A stretch of 58,674 nt of DNA from a bacterium (GTDB lineage: Bacteria > Bacillota > Limnochordia > DTU080 > RSA5), in assembly GCA_002919195.1 (NCBI GenBank), contig PKEU01000206.1, forward strand, positions 1 to 58,674, given 5' to 3'. Below, in pieces: positions 1-7,527 of this stretch. A program made the position numbers and the translations under genes. Position 1 is the stretch's first letter, and each line of letters opens with the position of its first letter. The notes below the pieces were generated by a model. The model was not told the origin of the DNA. It was given only the letters and a program-made list of their open reading frames with translations, and ran no database searches.

Positions 1-50
1 CCGGTCTCCAAAACCGGGGGTTGCGGGTTCGAGTCCTGTCTCCCCTGCCA
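1..50 (+). tRNA. tRNA-Trp(CCA), 5'-truncated by window edge
   Basis: Anticodon arm CCGGT-CTCCAAA-ACCGG (anticodon CCA), T-loop GGTTCGAGTCC, 3' end CCCCTGCCA. Confidence 0.93.
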
Positions 51-57
51 CACAAAG

Positions 58-100
58 GATCGCCCGTTCCGTGTTTGACGGAACGGGCGATCTGCTTTCT
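58..100 (+). terminator. Intrinsic terminator after tRNA-Trp
   Basis: 15-bp perfect stem GATCGCCCGTTCCGT/ACGGAACGGGCGATC followed by pyrimidine-rich TGCTTTCTCT. Confidence 0.7.
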
Positions 101-443
101 CTGCATCTCGCACACTGTATACGTGTATACTGGTGTACTCGCATACGAGTATACCTTCGCGAAACCAACACTTCGATGCAGGACATCGGAAATCTTCCGC
201 ATAAAAGTAGGTAAACACCGTGGCCGGCGGCGGTTTGTTCGGGATGCCGGCTGCCTGCCCACGTTTCTCTTGGGTGAGGAAACACACGTCAATCCGGTTG
301 CGCTTTCCTACGGCCGAGGGCGACCTCTTGGGCCAAAGATCGCCAAAGGATCTCCCAAGGGACGGGTCGTTCAAAGGGATCATCGTACATTCTCTTTTGC
401 GGCGGGGGTGGCGCTACCTAGGCGTTCTAAAGGAGGTCTCAAC

Positions 444-1715
444 GTGGCGGCGGAACTCAAGATCCAGCATGAAACCGATAATCCTTTTCACATTGCAAGG
501 CAGCAGCTGCGCGAGGCTTGCGAGGCCCTCAATCTGGATTTGAGCGTCTACGAGATCCTCAAAGAGCCAGCGCGGGTCTACACGGTCAGCATCCCGGTGA
601 AAATGGATTCCGGCGAGATCAAGACCTTTATCGGATACCGGGTGCAGCACACAGACGCCACGGGCCCAGCTAAGGGCGGCATCCGCTTTCACCCCGACGT
701 CACCTTGGACGAGGTCAAAGCCCTCTCCATGTGGATGACGATGAAGTGCAATTTGGTCGGCCTGCCCTACGGGGGAGGCAAAGGCGGGGTCGTCTGCAAT
801 CCCAAGCGGCTCTCCAAGGGCGAGCTGGAGCGTCTCTCCCGGGGATACATACGGGCCATCGTCGACGTCATCGGCCCTGACAAGGATATCCCCGCTCCCG
901 ACGTCTACACCAACCCGCAGATCATGGCCTGGATGATGGACGAGTACAGCAAACTGGTGGGGCGCTACTCCCCCGGCGTCATCACAGGAAAGCCCCTGTC
1001 GGCCGGCGGCTCTTTGGGGCGCAGTGAGGCGACGGCGCGCGGCTGTGTCTTTACCATTCGCGAGGCGGCTAAGTGCCTCAACCTCGATCTAGGAAACGCG
1101 CGGGCAATTATCCAAGGATTTGGCAACGCCGGGTGCACGAGTTCCCGCCTGTTGAGCGAACTGGGTGTGACGATTGTGGGTGTCAGTGACTCCCAAGGCG
1201 CGATTTACAATCCCGATGGCATCGACCCGATCGCCCTGGCGAAGTACAAGGCTGAGACCGGCAGCGTCAAAGGGTTTCCGGGGTGCCAGCAGGTCGATGG
1301 CGACGCGCTTCTCGAAATGCCGTGTGATATTCTGGTCCCCGCCGCGCTGGAAAACGTGATTACAGGCAGCAATGCGCCGAGGATTCAAGCGCGGATCATC
1401 GCGGAGGCGGCCAATGGCCCGACCACTCCCGAGGCGGATGAGATCCTTCACAAGCGTGGCGTGATGGTGATTCCTGACATCCTTGCCAATGCCGGCGGCG
1501 TGACCGTCTCGTACTTCGAATGGGTCCAAAACCTGCAAAACTTCTACTGGACTGCCGACGAAGTGATGCAGCGACTGGAGTACATGATCACCCAGGCCTT
1601 TAACAAGACCTACGCCATGAGCCAGGAGAAAAACGTTCCGACGCGCCTTGCGGCCAATATGGTCTCCCTGGAGCGGATCGCCCAGGCAATGGCCGACCGC
1701 GGTTGGCTCAACTGA
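444..1715 (+). CDS. gdhA: Glu/Leu/Phe/Val dehydrogenase family glutamate dehydrogenase
   Basis: GPAKGGIRFHP, PYGGGKGG, DIPAPDV, QGFGNAG, AEAANGP, ANAGGVTVSYFEW motifs; start reset to GTG 444 after RBS AAGGAGG. Confidence 0.95.
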   Translation: MAAELKIQHETDNPFHIARQQLREACEALNLDLSVYEILKEPARVYTVSIPVKMDSGEIKTFIGYRVQHTDATGPAKGGIRFHPDVTLDEVKALSMWMTMKCNLVGLPYGGGKGGVVCNPKRLSKGELERLSRGYIRAIVDVIGPDKDIPAPDVYTNPQIMAWMMDEYSKLVGRYSPGVITGKPLSAGGSLGRSEATARGCVFTIREAAKCLNLDLGNARAIIQGFGNAGCTSSRLLSELGVTIVGVSDSQGAIYNPDGIDPIALAKYKAETGSVKGFPGCQQVDGDALLEMPCDILVPAALENVITGSNAPRIQARIIAEAANGPTTPEADEILHKRGVMVIPDILANAGGVTVSYFEWVQNLQNFYWTADEVMQRLEYMITQAFNKTYAMSQEKNVPTRLAANMVSLERIAQAMADRGWLN

Positions 1716-1717
1716 CC

Positions 1718-1807
1718 AGGAGCCGGCGATCCGGGTTCATCGAAGGATCCCAGGTAAAGCCAAGGCGCGAGCCGAGAAAGCTCGCTTCAGGCTGAAGGTC
1801 GGCTCCT
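1718..1807 (+). ncRNA. Candidate structured RNA (multi-branch) in gdh 3' UTR, family unknown
   Basis: Closing stem AGGAGCCGGC/GTCGGCTCCT enclosing two internal helical arms. Confidence 0.35.
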
Positions 1808-1828
1808 AGAGCATAGCAATGCATCATG

Positions 1829-1859
1829 AAAACCCCTCCCAATGGGAGGGGTTTTTTTC
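1829..1859 (+). terminator. Intrinsic, likely bidirectional, terminator between gdh and TPR gene
   Basis: AAAACCCCTCCC-AAT-GGGAGGGGTTTTTTT. Confidence 0.9.
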
Positions 1860-1872
1860 ATGCCCCGCAGCG

Positions 1873-4350
1873 CTAAGAAGGGCCTCCATCGCGCCCGGAT
1901 ACCCGCCGGCTCATCCGGTCCCAGTCGGGCTCGTGAGCCAACAGCCGGAGTAAAGGGAGAGGACGCCCAAAGGAGAAAAGCTTGGGCAACTCCGTAGGCG
2001 GAAGGGGTATCTCGGCCGTCTCCACGGCTTCGGAGTCCCGGGGATCGAGCGCTTCCGCGATGTAGAGTTGGCGGCGCGTCCAAGCGAGGAGCTGCTCTTT
2101 TTCATCGTCTGGCCTTAAGTGTGATGGGTTCACTTGTTGCACCCACCGTATCGCCAGGGCCTCCTGCCGGGAGCGAAATTCCTTTTCATCGAGGTTGCGG
2201 GAAGCCATGGCCCGTTGCAGGGCTTTGTGAAAATAGGCGGTGTCTGCCGCGAGCCTTAGGTCGTGGGTCACCAAGACCTTCTCCTCGACTCGCTGGATGC
2301 CTTCCGCCGCCTCTTTGTACCGGCCTAGCCTAATCTCTTCAGCAGCGAGGAGTAATTGGGCAAAGGGCGTATCATCCGACAGCTTCGTGAGATCGGCTAG
2401 GAGCCGCCTCCCTGTTTCGCCCTCTCCCGCGAGCACCGCAAGGTGAGCGATCTCGGCCAAATGAGGTTCGCCTCTCGCAGAGCGACCGAGCGCGCGCCGC
2501 AGGTAATGCATGGTGTCGGCCCGCCGGCCCCGCTTCAGGTACATCCTGGCGATGGCCAGTTCGGTGGTTGGCGACGGGTCCAACTCGACGGCCCGATCCA
2601 CGTACTCCCGGGCCGCCTTTTCCTCGCCGGACTGTAGCAGGTGCTCTCCGATCATGAGCGCGGTCTCGCCGGTGGCACTGACGCGCAGCGCGTGGTCAAA
2701 GCACTTCTGGGCGATTTCCCTCCTCCCCCGTTTGAGGTGGACGGCACCGCACCACGCCCAACCTTCACCGTCGTCCAGGTCTTGAGCCAAGAGCGCGATA
2801 AATCCCTCTAGCGCTCGGTCCCACTGGCCTGCTTCAAGGTGATGGCGGGCAAGTTCTAGGTGCCGGCGGCGCCAGAAACGGTAGACCCAGGGCTCATCCG
2901 ACGCCATCGAAGCCCGCCGCCACGCGGCGACCCGCTCCTCCAACCCTCGCTCGGCCAGCTCCATCGCGATCGCGAGCCCGATGAGGAGCCGGGGGTTTTC
3001 GCCGCCGTCCTCCAGCGCTTTCGAAAACAGGTTCGTCGCCGCTTGGACATCGCCCAGTTGGATGAGGGAACATCCAAGATACAAGTAGATCTCGTCGTCG
3101 GTATCGATTTCTAAAGAGCGCGAAAGTGCGCCATTGGCCTTTTCGTAAGCCCCGGCCCGCAGGTATGCGAGCCCTTGACGCCGGGCGGCTTCAAGCATCA
3201 TTTCGGGTCGTTCTCCGGTCGCAAGCTCGTAAACGGTCTGCCATGCCGCCGCGGCGCTCACCCAGTCGCCCAGGGCTTCATGGGAGATGGCAAGGAAGCG
3301 CGCGATGTCGACGGACCGACGGCGTTGCAAACAAGCAGTAAACTTTGCAACAGCGGTGTGGTAATCTCGCCGCTTCCACGACGCTTGAGCCTGGTGAAAA
3401 GAAATCACGCTCTCCAGCGGTTTGATCGCCTTCTCAACACCGCACTCAACGCCGAGGCGGTACCACTCGACGGCTCGCTGCAGGGCGCGCTCTTGGAGCG
3501 CTTGGACGACTTGATGTTCCAAGACGCGAGCCACCTTGGTCATGAGCGAGCGGTCTTTGGTTTCGGCGGCCGCACCGGACCAATGCCGGACGGCGCTTTC
3601 GTAATTGCCCAGGTGGGCCTGCATGTCGCCAGCCAGCGCCTTGAGCTCGGGAGCCTGTCGCCCATGCTCCCGAAGGGCTTGGAGAACGGCGTCGAGGGCG
3701 CTCGCGACGTCAGCGCCGGGCGTGGAGGCTTTCGTGATGGCGAGGATGTCGGAAAGCCAGACCGAAGGTGGAATCAGCTTCAAGAGGCTCCGGGCTAAGG
3801 CGAGCGCTTGGGAGAAGTCCTCTTGCGCCGCCGCAGCTAGGGACTGTAAGCGTTGCCACCAGCCTTGTAACGGAGACGGCGCAAGGCACCCTCGTTCGCT
3901 CAGCCTATGCGCCGCCGAGAAGTCTCCCAAGCGAATCTTGGTCACCGTCGCGTAGTAGAGGCCCTTTTCGTTGGAGGGCTCGGTCTTCAAGACGTGGGTG
4001 AGCATCTCGTCAGCCCGTTGCAGTTGACCGAGTCGCAAATGGCAGCGAGCCAGCTCGATGGCATACTCCAGACGATTGTCGTACCGCAGTGCCAGCCGCA
4101 AGCGTTCCGCGGCGCGCCGCAAGTTTTGGCGGCCACTTCTTCGCAAGGCGATCTGGGCCAGCTGGTAGTACGCGGACGCAATCTTGCTCCGGATCGACGC
4201 CCGGGCAGGCTCGATCTCGTCGAGTTCCGATTCGAGCAAGCTTCGCCACAGCCGGATTGCTCGCCGGTACTTCCCTTTGCGGATGAAGGCCTCTCCTCGG
4301 GCAATCGTGGCTGCGACGATCCCCGATGCGCTATCGTGACCATCGGTCAT
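1873..4350 (-). CDS. Large tetratricopeptide-repeat protein (~825 aa)
   Basis: Many TPR-like helical pairs (e.g. IYLYLGCSLIQLGDVQAATNLFSKALE, GWAWCGAVHLKRGRREIAQKCFDHAL); start uncertain (ATG 4350). Confidence 0.8.
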   Translation of the reverse strand: MTDGHDSASGIVAATIARGEAFIRKGKYRRAIRLWRSLLESELDEIEPARASIRSKIASAYYQLAQIALRRSGRQNLRRAAERLRLALRYDNRLEYAIELARCHLRLGQLQRADEMLTHVLKTEPSNEKGLYYATVTKIRLGDFSAAHRLSERGCLAPSPLQGWWQRLQSLAAAAQEDFSQALALARSLLKLIPPSVWLSDILAITKASTPGADVASALDAVLQALREHGRQAPELKALAGDMQAHLGNYESAVRHWSGAAAETKDRSLMTKVARVLEHQVVQALQERALQRAVEWYRLGVECGVEKAIKPLESVISFHQAQASWKRRDYHTAVAKFTACLQRRRSVDIARFLAISHEALGDWVSAAAAWQTVYELATGERPEMMLEAARRQGLAYLRAGAYEKANGALSRSLEIDTDDEIYLYLGCSLIQLGDVQAATNLFSKALEDGGENPRLLIGLAIAMELAERGLEERVAAWRRASMASDEPWVYRFWRRRHLELARHHLEAGQWDRALEGFIALLAQDLDDGEGWAWCGAVHLKRGRREIAQKCFDHALRVSATGETALMIGEHLLQSGEEKAAREYVDRAVELDPSPTTELAIARMYLKRGRRADTMHYLRRALGRSARGEPHLAEIAHLAVLAGEGETGRRLLADLTKLSDDTPFAQLLLAAEEIRLGRYKEAAEGIQRVEEKVLVTHDLRLAADTAYFHKALQRAMASRNLDEKEFRSRQEALAIRWVQQVNPSHLRPDDEKEQLLAWTRRQLYIAEALDPRDSEAVETAEIPLPPTELPKLFSFGRPLPLLRLLAHEPDWDRMSRRVSGRDGGPS

Positions 4351-4530
4351 GGATTTCGCCGCTGTTGGCGCTGCCCCCCGCCTCTGGATCCTCCCAGGAC
4401 CCCTGTTTCGGTGCGCGTTCTCAAAGCCCAGAGTATGCCAAGACAAAGGCCTGTGACACGCTGGCCAAGGGGCTCGGCGAGCCAAGAGGCCGGTCGATGC
4501 CAAAGCGGCGCCGCAGCTTTCTTCTAGAGG

Positions 4531-5616
4531 TTAGATCTCCGGAATCTCGATCTCGACTTCCCTGCCGCTTTCCGCGGAGCGGAGGACGCCGTCGATGATG
4601 GCCTGATTGTAAAGGATCTCATCGCCAGGGATCGGCGCCGGGCCACCCTCTTGGACCGCCCGTACAAAGTCGTACACCTTCTCCGCGAAGATGTCGATCT
4701 GGTGGCGCTTCACCGGAATGGGCGTTTCGGTGTGTTGGCCGAAAAGGTCGTGGTAAAGCGTGATCGACCCTACACCGCCATCCCACACCCCACTCCACGG
4801 TCCGCTGCCAGCGGGCGTCACCTTAAGACCAGCATCCGTCCCCAAAAACATCGTCGCGCCCAGGCTGTCCATGTGCATTGCCCACGAGATCTTAAAGAGA
4901 AGCGTGATGCCCCCTTCCAGCCGGACCAGGGCGACGCCGAAATCCTCCACTTCAAAGCGATCTGCTTCGGGGTGGTACTTCGGTGAGGTTCCAAAGTAGT
5001 TGTAGGTGCTGGCCGAGACCGAGAGCGGCTTGGGGTACCCCAAGGCGTTGAGGGCCATATCGAGCGAGTAGCACCCGATGTCGGCCATGGCGCCCGCACC
5101 GGCCAGATCTTTGCGGATAAAGGTGCCTCCGGGCATCCCCCGCCGGCGGCCCCCACCTGTCTCAACGTAGTAGACCGTCCCTAACTGCCCGGAACGAACG
5201 ATCTCTTTGATCATCTGCATGTTGGGATCGTAACGGGGTTGAAAGCCTACGCTGAGCAGGCGTCCCGTGCGCTTGGCCGTGCGGACCATGTCGATCGCTT
5301 GCTCGAGCGTGACGGCCATGGGCTTTTCCACCAAGACGTGGACGCCGGCGTTGAGCGCGTCGATGCTGGTCTCGTGGTGCGCAACGTTGGGCGTGCAGAT
5401 GCTGACCGCATCGACTCCAAACTCCAAGAGCTCCCGGTGATCTGTAAAGGCTCTTGCGCCGTCGAGCCCCTGCGCCTTGATAAAGCTTTCCGCGCGCCCG
5501 GGAACGATGTCTGCCACGGCCACCACCTCGACATGTTCGAGGTTTTTGTAGGCCCGGGCATGTCCCCTCGCGATGCCGCCGCTGCCGATGATCCCGATTT
5601 TGAGCTTGTCTGTCAA
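4531..5616 (-). CDS. Gfo/Idh/MocA family NAD(P)-dependent oxidoreductase
   Basis: IGIIGSGGIA Rossmann motif, HVLVEKPMA, GAGAMADIGCY; RBS GAGGTG before TTG. Confidence 0.93.
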   Translation of the reverse strand: MTDKLKIGIIGSGGIARGHARAYKNLEHVEVVAVADIVPGRAESFIKAQGLDGARAFTDHRELLEFGVDAVSICTPNVAHHETSIDALNAGVHVLVEKPMAVTLEQAIDMVRTAKRTGRLLSVGFQPRYDPNMQMIKEIVRSGQLGTVYYVETGGGRRRGMPGGTFIRKDLAGAGAMADIGCYSLDMALNALGYPKPLSVSASTYNYFGTSPKYHPEADRFEVEDFGVALVRLEGGITLLFKISWAMHMDSLGATMFLGTDAGLKVTPAGSGPWSGVWDGGVGSITLYHDLFGQHTETPIPVKRHQIDIFAEKVYDFVRAVQEGGPAPIPGDEILYNQAIIDGVLRSAESGREVEIEIPEI

Positions 5617-5650
5617 CTGTGGTCACCTCGATGCGAAGGTTTGTCTCATG

Positions 5651-5687
5651 AAAAATCGCGGCTCGATGCGCGCGCACCGAGCCGCGA
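5651..5687 (-). terminator. Intrinsic terminator closing the glycan ABC cassette
   Basis: Minus strand TCGCGGCTCG-loop-CGAGCCGCGA followed by TTTTT. Confidence 0.75.
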
Positions 5688-5708
5688 CCTTTGACCGTAT
5701 GCCAGCGA

Positions 5709-6677
5709 TCAGTCGACCAGACCGGTCCTCTCGATCGATTCCACGAAGAACCTTTGCGTCAGCATGTACAAGAAGAGCGGCGGCAGCACCACCAGGAAGC
5801 ACGCTGCCATCATCAGGGGCTCGTTGAACAACTCGCCCGCCTGACCGCCGGTGAGCTCTTGCAATCCCTGCTGGAGGATCGACAGCCGCAAGGGCACCGT
5901 GAAGTTTTGAGGCTTCATCAGGTACATCATGGGCTCGTAGTAGTCGTTCCAGTGCCACACCAGCGAAAAGAGGAAGACGACCAAGAGCGCTGGGCGAGCA
6001 AGAGGCAGCATGATCTGCCCGAAGGTACGCAGCGGGCTGCATCCGTCGATGGCCGCCGCTTCCTCCAGCTCATAGGGCTGCCTCTTGAAAAACTGCCGGA
6101 AGATCAAAACCAGCAGTGAGCCCCGCAGCCCATGGGAGAAGAAGGCTGGCACCGTAAAAGGCAAGAAGGTGTCGATCCAGCCCAGCTCCCGGTAGAGGAT
6201 AAACAGGGGCACGATAATAGTCTGGGGCGGCACGATGAATGTAAAGAGGACAAACATAAACAAGAGGTCCCGCCCCGGAAACCGGAACCGCGCAAATCCA
6301 TAACCTGCAAGAGAGCACGAGATGATCTGACCCAACGTCGCAAAAAAGACGATGGTGACGCTATTTCTCAGCCCTACGAGGTAGTCCATGCTTTGAAACG
6401 CGAGGGTCAGATTGTCCCAGTAGACTGCCCGCGGGATCCAGTACACGCCCGGGTCGAGAAAGTCCTGAACAGTCATCAGGGATGTCGACGCCATGTAGAT
6501 GACCGGCATCAAAAAGGCAAAGGCGATGTCGATCAAGAGGAGATAGACGAGCGCCAGGAAAAACCAGCGCTGGAGCCGTCGTCCCCAGACCAGCAGCCAG
6601 GGCTTTCTGGCCAAGGAGACGGCCTCGCCCGCAATGCCGGGTTGACTGAGCTCTTGATTAACCCTCGCGGTCGCCAC
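5709..6677 (-). CDS. Carbohydrate ABC transporter permease (MalG-like), second pair
   Basis: AGYGFARFRFPGR, EAA motif ELEEAAAIDGCS, several TM segments. Confidence 0.93.
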   Translation of the reverse strand: MATARVNQELSQPGIAGEAVSLARKPWLLVWGRRLQRWFFLALVYLLLIDIAFAFLMPVIYMASTSLMTVQDFLDPGVYWIPRAVYWDNLTLAFQSMDYLVGLRNSVTIVFFATLGQIISCSLAGYGFARFRFPGRDLLFMFVLFTFIVPPQTIIVPLFILYRELGWIDTFLPFTVPAFFSHGLRGSLLVLIFRQFFKRQPYELEEAAAIDGCSPLRTFGQIMLPLARPALLVVFLFSLVWHWNDYYEPMMYLMKPQNFTVPLRLSILQQGLQELTGGQAGELFNEPLMMAACFLVVLPPLFLYMLTQRFFVESIERTGLVD

Positions 6678-7527
6678 CGTAAAACACCCACTTTTGCGAT
6701 GAGATGAAGACCAGGCCGATTAAGAGGAAGATCAGCACGAAATAGATCCAACCCAAGGCCGCGGCGTACCCCAGCCTAAAGGAACCGGAAAACGCCACCT
6801 GCCGGATGAAGTTGACCATCGGGTTGAAGATGTCCGTGAAGCCGTCGACGATCGTGTAGATGGTGTTGACCACGATGATCGGCGACAGCATGGGAAGCGT
6901 GATCTTCCAAAAGATCTCCCAGTCGGTCGCGCCGTCGATCCGGGCGGCCTCATACAGCGTTCCGGAAATCCCCTGAAGTCCTGCGATAAACAACAGGATC
7001 TGGATGCCCGACCGCCACAAGATCAACGTCAAACGGGTGAGCACGTCGACGACCACGTCGGCGAATCGAGCGGGTAGGTACATGTAGACGAGCGTAGGGA
7101 TGTTGAGGCCGACGACGGCTTCGAGAGAGCCCACGTTTTGTTGGAAGAGGCGCTCGACGACCAGGCCGGAGGCAATCACCACAGGCAAGAAAAACACCGC
7201 ACGGAAAAACGCCTGGCCGCGGATCTTTTGATTCACCAAGAACGCCGTGAAGAGCGCGAAGGTGAGGATGATCGGCACGTCGACCAGGTTGCGCTGGATC
7301 ACCTGCACCAGGATCGGCACAAACCGTTCGTCGACGAAAAACGCCTCCCGGAAATTGGCCCATCCCACCGGATTGAGCGAAAACCCGGCGATCATGTCGA
7401 CCGTGCTAAAGGCCAAGCGGATCGAATGGAGGAATGGCCTGGCCACAAACACGGTGAAACCGATGAGCCAAGGGAGAATGAACAGGTAACCATTGATGGC
7501 TTGACGCGTTCTGAGATTAAGCCTCAA
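6658..7527 (-). CDS. Carbohydrate ABC transporter permease (MalF-like), second pair
   Basis: GYLFILPWLIGF, LYEAARIDGA; TTG 7527 overlaps the upstream TGA, RBS GGAGGG. Confidence 0.92.
   Translation of the reverse strand: MRLNLRTRQAINGYLFILPWLIGFTVFVARPFLHSIRLAFSTVDMIAGFSLNPVGWANFREAFFVDERFVPILVQVIQRNLVDVPIILTFALFTAFLVNQKIRGQAFFRAVFFLPVVIASGLVVERLFQQNVGSLEAVVGLNIPTLVYMYLPARFADVVVDVLTRLTLILWRSGIQILLFIAGLQGISGTLYEAARIDGATDWEIFWKITLPMLSPIIVVNTIYTIVDGFTDIFNPMVNFIRQVAFSGSFRLGYAAALGWIYFVLIFLLIGLVFISSQKWVFYGGDREG

Noticed and set aside
21-443. 141-aa N-terminal extension of gdh
   Set aside because: Overlaps tRNA-Trp and its terminator; a strong RBS precedes GTG 444
1718-1807. Assignment as hammerhead, SRP, 6S or group II intron domain V
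   Set aside because: Lacks the CUGAnGA core, the SRP GGAAG/AGCAG motif, 6S length and domain V geometry; kept as unassigned
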